A DNA stretch of 64,000 nt from an uncultured Rhodobacteraceae bacterium (GCA_947489445.1 CANLDN010000008.1:14614-78613); one strand, 5' to 3'. Shown: positions 8,707 through 19,140, counted from the first letter of the stretch. Notes: generated by a model not told the origin, from the letters alone. Program-made: numbers and translations.

Positions 8707-9645
8707 TCAAGACTTGCCTGATTTTGCCAGCGGGTGGTGTTCCAGCACCAGTTCTTTCAACCGTTCATCCAGCACATGGGTGTAAATCTCGGTTGTGGCG
8801 ATATCGGCATGGCCCAGCATGGTCTGGATCGACCGCAGATCCGCACCGCCCGCCAGCAGATGCGTGGCAAAAGCGTGGCGCAGCGTATGTGGTGTCACTT
8901 TCGCCGGGGATACGCCACCGGCGACTGCGAATTCCTTGATGAGGCCAAAGAACCGATGCCGTGTCAGATGGCCTGCTTTGCCCCGCGACGGAAACAGGAA
9001 TTTTGACGGCGGTTTGCCGTCCTGTCGGGCCGCGTCTTCTGCGGTGTCCCGCGCGGCAAGATATGTGGCGAGTGCTTGCCTTGCAGGCGGCGATAGCGGC
9101 ACCATCCGTTCCTTTCCGCCTTTGCCCCGCACCAGCAGCATTCGCGGATCGCCGCGTGCTGCAGACACGGGCAGGCTGACCAGTTCGGTGACACGCATGC
9201 CCGTCGCATAAAGCAATTCCATCAGACAGGCATTACGCAATGCTTCGCGTCGGGTGTTGCGGGCGGCGTCCAGCAGCCGGTCCACTTCGCTGATATCCAG
9301 CGTTTTGGGAAGCCGCTGCGCGCGCCCGGGCCCCTTTATCTGGATTGCGGGGTTATCCTCGCGCAGGCCTTCTTCGAAGGCAAAGCGATAAAGCTGCTTG
9401 ATCGCTGATAGCCGTCGCGCGCGGGTTGATTTGGCCAATCCTTCGGCCTCGCAATCTATCAGGTAGCTTTCGATATGATCGCGGGTGGCGCTGACGTAGT
9501 GCAGTGATTTGTCGGCCAACCAGTCGCCAAAGGTTTGCAGATCGCGCGCATAGGCCAATTGTGTGTTGGTGGCCGTGTCCAGTTCGGCGGCCTGCGCCTC
9601 AAGAAATGTTTGCACCCAGCGGGCCATGGGTTGGTCTTGTGTCAC
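8707..9645 (-). CDS. xerD: Site-specific tyrosine recombinase XerD
   Basis: ELLYATGMRVTELV, GKGGKERMVP, TPHTLRHAFATHLL.GGADLRSIQ.MLGHADIATTEIYTH. Confidence 0.9.
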   Translation of the reverse strand: MTQDQPMARWVQTFLEAQAAELDTATNTQLAYARDLQTFGDWLADKSLHYVSATRDHIESYLIDCEAEGLAKSTRARRLSAIKQLYRFAFEEGLREDNPAIQIKGPGRAQRLPKTLDISEVDRLLDAARNTRREALRNACLMELLYATGMRVTELVSLPVSAARGDPRMLLVRGKGGKERMVPLSPPARQALATYLAARDTAEDAARQDGKPPSKFLFPSRGKAGHLTRHRFFGLIKEFAVAGGVSPAKVTPHTLRHAFATHLLAGGADLRSIQTMLGHADIATTEIYTHVLDERLKELVLEHHPLAKSGKS

Positions 9646-11168
9646 GTCGCCCGGTCCAAAAGCAGCAATTGCAGCGCGGCGCGGCGGGCAACGTCCTCCA
9701 GTCCGACAGATCGGAACAGCGCGATGGCGTCGGTGATCGACCGCGCATCACCGGAATACCCTTGATGGAATAACGCGATGGCGCGCAACACAGCCTCGCC
9801 CAATTTGCCATCATCAACAAGGTCACTCAGCGTAGGTGGTGGCAAGGCCCCGTTAAATGCGGACTGGATCGCCAGCTCTTTCGGACTTGTAACCCGCACC
9901 TCTTGCGGCACACCCCGCGCCAACGCGATGAGAAACGCGTCTTGATCGCTTTCGCCATTCATGGCGTTAATCGCGACGGTTTCATAATCCGGTGAAAGCA
10001 AACCGACCGCAAACGCGATATCGGCAGCGTTCTGACCAAGCGGGAGACCCTGCAATGCAGCACCATAAAGCTTGGCGAATTGCACCTCGGTTCGGGCCTG
10101 TTTCATCGCCTCCCATGCGTTTGGCAATGTGCGTGACACTGCATTTGGATCGCGCGCAGTGATCGCAACATCGAAGCGTTGTATCGCTTCTGCTCTGTCC
10201 CATATACCGCCCGACGCCGCAGGCGTCCGCGCTGTATAAAGGTCTTGCAGCACGTTTTCCGAAACCGCACCGTGACGCGCCAGCCGCTCTGCCGCTTCAA
10301 GCTGGGATTTCCAGGCGGTCGTGCTGCGCAGATCTGCATGGGAAAAAGCCAGAGGCAGGTTGGATGTGATCAGCGCCTCGCCAATGGCTTCGTGCATGCG
10401 GAACATGAGCGGGCTGACACGGGACGGCGGATCAAGGGCCGGTTCACCTTCGTATAGTTCGGGATCGAGGAAACGGGACAGAAGCTGTTCTTCCTGTTCG
10501 GTGATGTCGCCAAGCACCCGATGGGTGTTCAGTGTCAGAGCCGCCGCTGGCCAATCACCATTGCGTGCCAGGCAAAAAATGCGCGCGGAATAGGTGGGCG
10601 CGACGGAGGGTTTTTGACCCATGATGTCGCAGACTTCATCTTCGGTGCCGGTCAGCAAGGCCACGTCAAACCAGCGCCGGAACAAAGGTGCTGTGTCCGG
10701 TTCTGCCTGTTCGATAAGCGATTTGGCCTGCTCTAAAGCGCCCAGATCAAGCAGTTTGTCCACGCGCGCCAAGAACAGCGCACCATCAGCGCCCGCACCA
10801 ACGGGCGCATCAGCCTCAGCAAGCATCAAGACTTTGAGAAGATCCTGCACTGCGGGCAGTGTTTCGACCCGCTCTGCCCGGACAAGATCAACCAATACCG
10901 CCTCGTCACTGCCCGACCAAATGCTGCGCGGCAGGCCGGTGACATCGGATGGCAACAGGCCCACGGGGTCCTTTGATGGACGATCCAGTGGCGTCACGAC
11001 CACCTGTGGTGGCGATGCCGTCGGGCTGATCGGGGGTTCAAAAATCGGGGCGGTCACACTTTTTGACAGCCAGTCAATCGCCGATAATGGCTGGCCGGGG
11101 TCGTCCTGTGCTGCCGCAGGCAAACCCGCCAGACACAGGAATGCGATCAGTGATCTAGTTTGTATCAA
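9642..11168 (-). CDS. Conserved exported hypothetical protein (helical, signal peptide)
   Basis: 508-aa ORF with a signal peptide and PLSAIDWL motif; stop overlaps the xerD start; TTG start is uncertain. Confidence 0.75.
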   Translation of the reverse strand: MIQTRSLIAFLCLAGLPAAAQDDPGQPLSAIDWLSKSVTAPIFEPPISPTASPPQVVVTPLDRPSKDPVGLLPSDVTGLPRSIWSGSDEAVLVDLVRAERVETLPAVQDLLKVLMLAEADAPVGAGADGALFLARVDKLLDLGALEQAKSLIEQAEPDTAPLFRRWFDVALLTGTEDEVCDIMGQKPSVAPTYSARIFCLARNGDWPAAALTLNTHRVLGDITEQEEQLLSRFLDPELYEGEPALDPPSRVSPLMFRMHEAIGEALITSNLPLAFSHADLRSTTAWKSQLEAAERLARHGAVSENVLQDLYTARTPAASGGIWDRAEAIQRFDVAITARDPNAVSRTLPNAWEAMKQARTEVQFAKLYGAALQGLPLGQNAADIAFAVGLLSPDYETVAINAMNGESDQDAFLIALARGVPQEVRVTSPKELAIQSAFNGALPPPTLSDLVDDGKLGEAVLRAIALFHQGYSGDARSITDAIALFRSVGLEDVARRAALQLLLLDRAT

Positions 11169-11307
11169 GGGTGACAGGGCGCGTTACCTCTTGTGACGGG
11201 GCGGCAAAATCTGCCGGAAAAAAGATCGGCCCAACATAGGCGTAGGCCACAAGTGCCACGCCCGCCAGGAGTATCAAAAACAACAGTGCCTTGATCAGCC
11301 GCCACAT
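11155..11307 (-). CDS. Small single-pass membrane protein (50 aa), not in the ORF track
   Basis: Manual translation MWRLIKALLFLILLAGVALVAYAYVGPIFFPADFAAPSQEVTRPVTLDTN*; overlaps the next gene's start. Confidence 0.7.
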   Translation of the reverse strand: MWRLIKALLFLILLAGVALVAYAYVGPIFFPADFAAPSQEVTRPVTLDTN

Positions 11308-11457
11308 TGCCTGCCCCAATCTGCCAATTCTGCCTCAATATGTGGTCTAAGTGCCACGTGTTGAAGGGATTATATATGGCCTTTTGCGCAAGATCACGGC
11401 ATTCATTCATTAATTTTGCTGTTCGGCGGCACGTGGCCGAATTTTGGGGGCGTCTTA

Positions 11458-12018
11458 ATGGGTGATGGGCCGATGTTTCAACTGCACCGCACGGTGGTGC
11501 TGGTTGGCATGATGGGCTCTGGCAAGACGGCAATCGGGCGCGCGCTCGCCGCCCGGCTGGCAGTGCCTTTCGTTGACAGTGACTCCGCCATCGAGGAGGC
11601 CGCAGCGCTCACCATCGCTGAGATATTCGAGCGGGACGGAGAAGCGTTTTTTCGCGAACGCGAGGCCGAGGTGTTGCGCCGTTTGTTATCGGGGCCACCC
11701 GGGATCGTGTCGACGGGCGGTGGCGCATTTCTGGCTGAACGCAATCGTGATGCCATTGCAGAAATGGGTGTGGCCGTTTGGCTGAACGCCGATCTCAGAA
11801 CATTGTGGGAGCGGGTGCGCCACAAGGATACACGCCCCTTGCTGCGCACGGCCAATCCCAAGGCGACGCTGACTGCACTTTTTGAAGCGCGTAATCCAAT
11901 CTATTCTTTGGCCGGCCTGCGGATCACTGTCGGACGGACTGCCAGCATCGACGAAACCACACAAAACGTGATCGACACCCTCGCAACGCGGCCTGATATC
12001 CTGGAGAAAAATCTATGA
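11458..12018 (+). CDS. aroK: Shikimate kinase
   Basis: VVLVGMMGSGKT, FVDSD, GEAFFRERE, STGGGAF and RPLL motifs. Start could be 11473. Confidence 0.95.
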   Translation: MGDGPMFQLHRTVVLVGMMGSGKTAIGRALAARLAVPFVDSDSAIEEAAALTIAEIFERDGEAFFREREAEVLRRLLSGPPGIVSTGGGAFLAERNRDAIAEMGVAVWLNADLRTLWERVRHKDTRPLLRTANPKATLTALFEARNPIYSLAGLRITVGRTASIDETTQNVIDTLATRPDILEKNL

Positions 12019-13127
12019 CCTCTACTGTGCATGTTAATCTGCCAGGCCGGGAATATGACATCCATATCGGGCCGGGCGTTTTGGATCAGGCAGGTGCGCA
12101 GATTGCCGCGATGGGCGGGCGCCGTCATGTTTGCATCCTGACGGATGAAAATGTGGCTACGCTGCATTTGGCGCAATTGCAGGGGGCATTATCGGTTGCC
12201 GGACTGACATCGGTGGCTTTGACTTTGCCGCCGGGCGAGGCCACCAAATGTTGGGCACAGTTGGAGCGGTCGGTGGAATGGTTGCTCGGCCAGAAGGTTG
12301 AGCGTGGTGATATCGTCATTGCCTTTGGCGGCGGCGTGATCGGTGATTTGGCTGGGTTTGCTGCCGCTATATTGCGTCGCGGGGTGCGGTTTGTGCAGCT
12401 TCCCACCAGCCTGCTCGCACAAGTCGACAGCTCTGTCGGGGGCAAGACGGGCATCAATTCACCCCATGGGAAGAATCTGATCGGGGCATTTCATCAACCG
12501 TCTTTGGTGCTGGCTGACACTGCGCTGCTGGGGACGTTGACGTCGCGCGATTTCCTCGCAGGCTATGGCGAAGTGGTCAAATATGGGTTGTTGGGCGACG
12601 CCGATTTCTTTGATTGGCTTGAGGGGCAGGGGTCTGCGCTGGCGGCGGGTGACATGGATGCGCGCGTGCGCGCGGTGACGCGGTCCTGTCAGATGAAGGC
12701 TGATATCGTGCAACGTGATGAGACAGAGCAGGGGGATCGTGCGCTTTTGAACCTTGGTCATACATTCTGCCATGCGTTGGAGGCGGCGACGGATTATTCC
12801 GACCGGCTGCTGCATGGCGAAGGCGTGGCGATCGGTTGTGCATTGGCGTTCGAGCTGTCGGCGCGCATGGGTCTGTGCAGTCAAGAAGACCCCAGCCGCG
12901 TGCGAGCGCATCTGCGTGATATGGGGATGAAGGTCGACATCACCGATATTGCTGGCGATTTACCAGATGCCGACGGCTTGTTGGCGTTGATGGGCCAGGA
13001 CAAAAAGGTGCTGGATGGCACACTGCGCTTTATCCTGGCGCGCGGGATTGGAGAGGCGTTCATTACCTCCGATGTGCCGCCAGATGCTGTGCGCACGGTG
13101 TTACACGACGCATTGGCGCGCAGATAA
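12015..13127 (+). CDS. aroB: 3-dehydroquinate synthase
   Basis: GGGVIGDLAGF, PTSLLAQVDSSVGGKTGIN, LNLGHTF.HALE and HGEGVAIG motifs. Confidence 0.97.
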   Translation: MTSTVHVNLPGREYDIHIGPGVLDQAGAQIAAMGGRRHVCILTDENVATLHLAQLQGALSVAGLTSVALTLPPGEATKCWAQLERSVEWLLGQKVERGDIVIAFGGGVIGDLAGFAAAILRRGVRFVQLPTSLLAQVDSSVGGKTGINSPHGKNLIGAFHQPSLVLADTALLGTLTSRDFLAGYGEVVKYGLLGDADFFDWLEGQGSALAAGDMDARVRAVTRSCQMKADIVQRDETEQGDRALLNLGHTFCHALEAATDYSDRLLHGEGVAIGCALAFELSARMGLCSQEDPSRVRAHLRDMGMKVDITDIAGDLPDADGLLALMGQDKKVLDGTLRFILARGIGEAFITSDVPPDAVRTVLHDALARR

Positions 13128-13155
13128 AAAAGCCCGCCGGTTAGGGCGGGCCTTG
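13126..13155. terminator. Intrinsic terminator between convergent aroB and ssb
   Basis: AAAAAGCCCGCC-ggtta-GGGCGGGCCTT hairpin. Confidence 0.7.
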
Positions 13156-13171
13156 CGTGGTTCTGCCGTGT

Positions 13172-13684
13172 TTAGAACGGGATTTCGTCATCCATGTCGC
13201 TGCCGCCGCCACCGCCTTGCGATGAACCGCCGCCATAGCCGCCATCATTGCCGCCCCCGTAGGAACTGCCACCACCACCACCGTAGCTTCCGCCGCCCCC
13301 GCCGCCGTAATTGCCACCACCGCCGCCTTCGCCACGGCTGTCGAGCATGGTGAGTGTGCTGCCAATCCCTTGCAGGACAACTTCGGTCGAATAACGGTCC
13401 TGACCGGACTGATCCTGCCACTTGCGGGTTTGCAGCTTGCCTTCGATGTAAACCTTTGAGCCCTTTTTAAGATATTGCTCGGCGACACGTACCAGACCTT
13501 CGGAGAAAATTGCGACCGAATGCCATTCGGTTTTCTCGCGCCGCTCGCCGGTATTTTTGTCTTTCCAATTCTCTGACGTGGCGATCCGCAAGTTGCAGAC
13601 CTTGCCGCCGTTCTGGAAGGTTCGGACCTCTGGATCAGCCCCCAGATTACCAATGAGAATAACTTTGTTTACTGATCCGGCCAT
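13172..13684 (-). CDS. ssb: Single-stranded DNA-binding protein
   Basis: [24 protein letters not shown], Gly-rich linker and acidic DDEIPF tail. Confidence 0.98.
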   Translation of the reverse strand: MAGSVNKVILIGNLGADPEVRTFQNGGKVCNLRIATSENWKDKNTGERREKTEWHSVAIFSEGLVRVAEQYLKKGSKVYIEGKLQTRKWQDQSGQDRYSTEVVLQGIGSTLTMLDSRGEGGGGGNYGGGGGGSYGGGGGSSYGGGNDGGYGGGSSQGGGGGSDMDDEIPF

Positions 13685-13831
13685 ACTGGCACCTCCCGCG
13701 ATTCTTCTTTGCGCTTTTGTGACAGACCCGGGATGCCGCAACAAGGTTAACAGATCATTGCCTCGCAAGGGCTGACATCCTGCCTAAAAGAGATTACTTT
13801 GGATAAGTCATATTGGGTGGGAATTGATTTG

Positions 13832-14422
13832 ATGCGGATTTCAAGACCGATTTATACGGCGCTGATTGTTGTTATGGGTCAGGCCGCCTTGGCGGATGAG
13901 CAAGTATCGACAATGTCACGCGCTGGCCTGTTTCAAAGCCAATTATCCATCTTGGATGGCCGCGCAGCAGAGCAATACTCCAATTCCGTACGCCTGCAGC
14001 CACCACGTGTCGAAGTCCCCGGAGCCCCAGGAACTGTCCCGCGTTATGCGGGGGCTTATCGCGGTCCTTATCTTGATATGGCGCGTTCTGCAGCGTCGCG
14101 CCATCAGGTGCCAGCGGATTTGTTCCTGCGTTTGGTTCAGCAGGAAAGTGGCTGGAACGCTGATGCCGTTTCGCACAAGGGCGCGTTGGGGTTAGCCCAG
14201 CTAATGCCGCAGACAGCGCGCAGTCTGGGTGTTGATCCGGACGATATCTATCAGAACCTAGACGGCGGCGCGCGCTATCTGCGCCAGCAATATGAAACAT
14301 TCGGCAATTGGCGTTTGGCATTGGCCGCCTATAATGCAGGGCCTGGGGCTGTTCAGCGCTATGGCGGCGTCCCACCCTTTGCCGAGACGCAAAACTATGT
14401 TCTGGTGATCTGGGGGCGCTAA
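13832..14422 (+). CDS. Lytic transglycosylase (SLT domain)
   Basis: [45 protein letters not shown] and ETQNYV motifs. Confidence 0.92.
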   Translation: MRISRPIYTALIVVMGQAALADEQVSTMSRAGLFQSQLSILDGRAAEQYSNSVRLQPPRVEVPGAPGTVPRYAGAYRGPYLDMARSAASRHQVPADLFLRLVQQESGWNADAVSHKGALGLAQLMPQTARSLGVDPDDIYQNLDGGARYLRQQYETFGNWRLALAAYNAGPGAVQRYGGVPPFAETQNYVLVIWGR

Positions 14423-14453
14423 GAAGTTTCTAGAAATTTCTTATGGTTAGGCC

Positions 14454-16538
14454 TCACTCTGCTGCGATTTGTATGACCGGTTCCATGTCTGCCAGATCTG
14501 CATCGCTGAGGTGGCACTTAATCTGATGACCTTCAGCAAGCATCCGCACTGGCGGGACTTCCTTTTCGCATAGACCGCCCGCAACCTTTGGTTTCCAGCC
14601 ACAGCGCGTCTGGAACGGGCAACCGCTGGGCGGGTTCATGGCCGAGGGGATATCGCCCTCCAGCACGATATGTTTTTTCTTTACCGATGTGTCGGCGATG
14701 GGAACGGCGGACAGCAAAGCCTCTGTATAGGGGTGGTAGGGCGGCGAAAACACCTGATCGGTGGTGCCGAGTTCGACCACATGGCCCAGATACATGACCA
14801 TGACCCGGTCACTGAGGTAACGCACGATCGACAGGTCGTGGCTGATGAATAGAAGCGTTGTCTTATGTTCGCGTTGAATTTCCATTAACAGATCGGTCAC
14901 CGCCGCCTGTACGGAGACATCGAGGGCTGAAACGGGCTCATCCGCAACCACTATCCGCGCGTCGCCCGCAAAGGCCCGCGCGATGCCAACCCGTTGTTTT
15001 TGCCCGCCGCTGAGCTGGCGTGGCATCCTGTCAGCGAAAGCACGTGGCAGTTTGACAAGGTCGAGAAGGTTGAGCATCCGTTCGCGGCGTTCTGCGTCGT
15101 TATTGCCGATCCCGAAGATTTCGAGCGCGCGCATGATCTGTCGCCCGACGGTCATGGAGGGGTTGAGCGTGTCGAAAGGGTTTTGGAAAACCATCTGGAT
15201 ATCGGCGATTGTTTTGGTGCCGCGCTTTTCGATGGGTGTGTCGCCAATGGATTGATTATCCAAAAGAATTTGGCCCTCTGTCGCTGTTTCTAGCCCCATG
15301 AGAACCTTGGCGAAAGTGGATTTGCCGCAGCCTGACTCACCGACGATGGCGAGGGTTTCGCTTTCGCGGGCTTCAAAGCTCAGTGTTTCGTTGGCCTTGA
15401 CCACTTTTTTGTCGCCGCCGCCGAAGAGTGCGTTGGCTGCCACCTCGTAGTATTTCTTGAGGTTGTCCATTTTCAGAACAACCGGACCGGGCGCTGGTTT
15501 CTCTTTGGTTTCAGAGGCTTGGATTGGGGCGTTCCAGTCGATTTCTTCGTGTCGCAGGCAGCGGGTCTGGTGCCGGTCGTTACCATGAATCTGCACCATG
15601 GGCACAAAATCTGCATCGCAGCGCCCTTCTTCGAAGTAGTCACAGCGCGGGCCAAAGTTGCAGCCATTGGGCCGCTCGTGAGGCAAAGGAAAGTTGCCGG
15701 GGATGGCGACGAGGGGCCGTGCGTTTTTGTCCGCGCCGGGCAGGGGGATGGAGCGGAACAGCGCCTGCGTATAGGGATGCTGCATCTTGTCGAAGACGTC
15801 TTCGATGCTGCCCCGTTCAACGGCCTCTCCGGAATACATCACGCAGATCCGGTCGCAGGTTTCCAGCACTAACCCTAAGTTATGGCTGATAAAAAGCATG
15901 GATGTGCCGTATTTCTTACCGAGATCCTTGACCAATTCGACAACGGCGGCCTCGACCGTCACGTCGAGCGCCGTGGTCGGTTCGTCAAGGATCAGCAAGG
16001 ACGGTTTTGACATCAGCGCCATGGCGATCACGATGCGCTGTTGCTGCCCGCCAGATAGCTGGTGGGGATAGCTTTTGAGGATGCGTTCGGGGTCGGGAAG
16101 TTTGACGTCGGTGACGACTTCCAATGCCCGCGCGTAGGCCTCTTTTTCGCTGACGCCTTCATGGATGATCGGCACTTCCATCAGCTGTTTGCCGATCTTC
16201 ATCGCGGGGTTCAGTGACGCCATAGGCTCTTGATATATCATGGCAATTTCGCTTCCACGGATGTCGCGGAGTTCTTCCGGTGACATCTCGCAGAGATCGC
16301 GGCCCTTGAACTTGATCGAACCGCCGACGATGCGGCCATTCACCCCCAAATCCTGCATCACGCCGAGGGCCACGGTGGATTTGCCGCAGCCGGATTCGCC
16401 AACCAGACCAAGGGCTTCGCCCGGCATGACCTTGGCTGAAAAATCCATCACTGCAGGGATTTCGCGTAGCCGTGTGAAGAAGGAAATGGACAGTTTGTCG
16501 ATCTCTAAGATGGGTTCTTGTTTGTCGAGAATGGCCAT
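14454..16538 (-). CDS. ABC transporter ATP-binding protein, fused DppD/DppF-type double ATPase
   Basis: Two GESGCGKS Walker A motifs, two LSGGQ signatures and Cys-rich C-terminal oligopeptide-transporter extensions. Confidence 0.95.
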   Translation of the reverse strand: MAILDKQEPILEIDKLSISFFTRLREIPAVMDFSAKVMPGEALGLVGESGCGKSTVALGVMQDLGVNGRIVGGSIKFKGRDLCEMSPEELRDIRGSEIAMIYQEPMASLNPAMKIGKQLMEVPIIHEGVSEKEAYARALEVVTDVKLPDPERILKSYPHQLSGGQQQRIVIAMALMSKPSLLILDEPTTALDVTVEAAVVELVKDLGKKYGTSMLFISHNLGLVLETCDRICVMYSGEAVERGSIEDVFDKMQHPYTQALFRSIPLPGADKNARPLVAIPGNFPLPHERPNGCNFGPRCDYFEEGRCDADFVPMVQIHGNDRHQTRCLRHEEIDWNAPIQASETKEKPAPGPVVLKMDNLKKYYEVAANALFGGGDKKVVKANETLSFEARESETLAIVGESGCGKSTFAKVLMGLETATEGQILLDNQSIGDTPIEKRGTKTIADIQMVFQNPFDTLNPSMTVGRQIMRALEIFGIGNNDAERRERMLNLLDLVKLPRAFADRMPRQLSGGQKQRVGIARAFAGDARIVVADEPVSALDVSVQAAVTDLLMEIQREHKTTLLFISHDLSIVRYLSDRVMVMYLGHVVELGTTDQVFSPPYHPYTEALLSAVPIADTSVKKKHIVLEGDIPSAMNPPSGCPFQTRCGWKPKVAGGLCEKEVPPVRMLAEGHQIKCHLSDADLADMEPVIQIAAE

Positions 16539-16635
16539 TAGATGCCTCCGAAATCAGCGTATGTTTTGTATGCAGAACCTATGCAGAAACCATGCGCATG
16601 ATTGATGCGCATAGTCTGTTTTGCTTGCCCTGACA

Positions 16636-18087
16636 TCAGTCTTTCAGGCTTTCTTCGCGTAGGCCGTCGGCCAGTAGGTTGAGGCCGAGGACCAGCGACA
16701 ACAATGCAACCGCTGGCGGCAGAGCCGGATGGGCGAAGATCAGGAGCAGTTTGCGCCCTTCATTGATCGTTGTGCCCCAATCGGGGCTTTCAGATGAAAG
16801 CCCGAGGCCGAAAAACCCCAAGGTGCCGAGCAGGATGGTCGTGTAACCAATCCGCAGGCAGAAATCGACGATCAGCGGTCCGCGTGCGTTGGGCAGGATT
16901 TCCCAGAGCATGATGTACCACGCACCTTCGCCACGGGTTTGGGCGGCGGCGACGTAATCGCGGGTGCGCAGGTCCAGCGTCAGCCCGCGCACGATCCGGA
17001 AAACGGTGGGTGCATTTACGAAGACGACCGAGACGAAGACGACGAGGATCGATATGTCGAAAAGATCCATCCATGCGGGCAGGAAGTCGATGACTGTTCC
17101 CCTTTGGTTGATGATCGACAGGTAGAGCCAGCCCAAAATGCCAAGGACGGGAACCAGGATCGCCGTCCGCTTGGCCGGTTGCGTGTAGTAGCGTGAATTC
17201 AGCAGCACCCCGAAGAAAATCAGCGGGAAGACAAACAGGACCGCGGCCATGTAGCTGGGGATGCCGGTCAGTACGATTTCCGGTGTGACCAGCAGGTAGA
17301 ATAGAAGGATCACAGGGAAGGCGAGGATCAGGTTTGCAACGAAGGACAGGATCGTGTCCAGCAGCCCCCCGTAGAAGCCAGCAGGCAGACCAAGCGTGAT
17401 GCCGACCATGAAGGCGAAGACTGTCGCCAGTGGGGCGATCGAGATGACGAAGACCGAGCCCACCACGACCCGGCTGAAGATGTCGCGTGCAAGGTTATCG
17501 CCACCAAGCAGATAATGGGGGATGGCCCCTGTGGTGCCTTCCGGGACCGGGATGCCGGGGCCCTTGTTTTTCAGCCCGGAAACTTGGCTGAGATAATCAT
17601 GCGTGGCGATCAGATCAAAGATACCGACGAAGAGCGCGGTAAAGACCCAGAACATCACGATTGCAAAACCGATCATCCCGACGGTGCTGTCAAAAAGTTT
17701 TCCGTAAAGGCCCAGCCTGCGTTTATAAAGGATCGAGACGCCGAAGGTGACCATAAGCGCCACCCAGACCGGCAGGAATTGTCGCGACATTTCCCCGATG
17801 ATCCCGGCGGTCCCATAGGGGGTAACGATCCCGCCGATCAGATAGGCGAGGACGAGTACCAGCACGAAGAAGAAGAGGTATTTGTTGACCGTTTCGACCG
17901 TGCCCAGCAGCCCATCGCGCCCTTGCAATGTGCCGTCCGCGTTGGCTTGCAGCGTCATGGGCGCGGCAAAGAAGCCAAGCACGATCTGGGCGAGGACGCC
18001 AAGTGCCAGGATTGCGGTGCCGAGCCCCAGTGCGGGGTTGAGGAATGCGCCAAGTGCGCCTGTCCATGTGAGAGGTTCCATGTCCAT
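16636..18087 (-). CDS. ABC transporter permease (DppC/OppC-like) with an N-terminal membrane extension
   Basis: HYLLGGDNLARDIFSRVV and RDYVAAAQTRGE (EAA loop) motifs. Confidence 0.92.
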   Translation of the reverse strand: MDMEPLTWTGALGAFLNPALGLGTAILALGVLAQIVLGFFAAPMTLQANADGTLQGRDGLLGTVETVNKYLFFFVLVLVLAYLIGGIVTPYGTAGIIGEMSRQFLPVWVALMVTFGVSILYKRRLGLYGKLFDSTVGMIGFAIVMFWVFTALFVGIFDLIATHDYLSQVSGLKNKGPGIPVPEGTTGAIPHYLLGGDNLARDIFSRVVVGSVFVISIAPLATVFAFMVGITLGLPAGFYGGLLDTILSFVANLILAFPVILLFYLLVTPEIVLTGIPSYMAAVLFVFPLIFFGVLLNSRYYTQPAKRTAILVPVLGILGWLYLSIINQRGTVIDFLPAWMDLFDISILVVFVSVVFVNAPTVFRIVRGLTLDLRTRDYVAAAQTRGEGAWYIMLWEILPNARGPLIVDFCLRIGYTTILLGTLGFFGLGLSSESPDWGTTINEGRKLLLIFAHPALPPAVALLSLVLGLNLLADGLREESLKD

Positions 18088-18093
18088 TCCCCC

Positions 18094-19140
18094 TTAAGAA
18101 ATACGAATGCGCGGGTTGAGAAAGACGTAGCCGATGTCTGATATCAGCTGCGTGATCAGCACCACGAAGACGGAGACGACGGAGACACCAAGCAGAAGTT
18201 CGATGTCGTTGTTCCCGGCGGCTTGCACCAGAACCCAACCGAAGCCTTTGTAATTGAAGAGTGTTTCGACGATCACGACCCCGTTCAGCAGCCACGGGAA
18301 TTGCAGCATGATCACCGTAAACGGCGCAATCAGTGCGTTGCGCAATGCGTGTTTGAGCACGATTGTCGGAAAGCTGACGCCTTTCAGCCTTGCGGTGCGG
18401 ATATATTGCGCCGTCATGACCTCGGTCATGGACGCCCGGGTCATCCGTGCGATGTAACCCATACCGTAAAGGGCGATGGTGATCACCGGCAGGAAGAAGT
18501 TTTCGAATGTGGCGTCTTCCATCGCGGAGGTTGCGGTGCCTTTGAACCAATTCATCCCGAACGTGGCGGTGGCGAAGACAGAGATGAAGACAACACCAGA
18601 GACATATTCCGGGGTGGCCGTAGAGACGATGGAGACGGTGGAGAGGCTGCGATCGGTCCGTGACCCTTCGCGCATACCGGCCAGCACGCCGATGATCAGC
18701 GCGCCGGGCACCATGACCATCATCACCCAGAACATCAGTTTTCCGGTCAGGCCCAACCGGGTGGCGACGATACCGCTTACATCTGCCTTGAATACTGTTG
18801 AAAAACCCCAGTCGCCTTGCAGGATGCCGCAGAAAGTTGAGGCATCTTCGAGCGCGACACCGGGGCCTGCGCAGCGGGCGCGTGTTTCACCGTCTGATCC
18901 TTCGATCACGTAGCCGGGCAGAACACCAAGCCATTGACCGTATTTGACCGGCAAGGGCTGGGAATACCCCCGATTTTCCAGCCAGCTGACCACGGCATCG
19001 TCCGTCATCCGCGCGTTGCCTTGAGTCTTGGCGAGTTTTTCGAGGTTTGGTGCGAGGTTCGTCAACCAGAAGACGATAAACGTCAGGCACAAGGCCGTGA
19101 GGATCATCACCCCAAGGCGGCGTAAAATAAACAGTCCCAT
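18094..19140 (-). CDS. ABC transporter permease (DppB/OppB-like)
   Basis: GDWGFS, ARMTRASM, YIRTARLKG, HALRNAL and GYVFLNPRI motifs. Confidence 0.93.
   Translation of the reverse strand: MGLFILRRLGVMILTALCLTFIVFWLTNLAPNLEKLAKTQGNARMTDDAVVSWLENRGYSQPLPVKYGQWLGVLPGYVIEGSDGETRARCAGPGVALEDASTFCGILQGDWGFSTVFKADVSGIVATRLGLTGKLMFWVMMVMVPGALIIGVLAGMREGSRTDRSLSTVSIVSTATPEYVSGVVFISVFATATFGMNWFKGTATSAMEDATFENFFLPVITIALYGMGYIARMTRASMTEVMTAQYIRTARLKGVSFPTIVLKHALRNALIAPFTVIMLQFPWLLNGVVIVETLFNYKGFGWVLVQAAGNNDIELLLGVSVVSVFVVLITQLISDIGYVFLNPRIRIS

Noticed and set aside
8707-9645. Tyrosine recombinase as the integrase of a mobile element
   Set aside because: The motifs and core-gene context fit housekeeping XerD, with no att sites or cargo.
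13215-13330. GGC/CCG-rich repeats in ssb
   Set aside because: They encode the ordinary Gly-rich SSB linker.
14420-14451. Possible dif site (TTATGGTTAGG resembles a XerD arm)
   Set aside because: The putative XerC arm lacks the conserved ...ATAA end, so the 11-6-11 layout does not fit.
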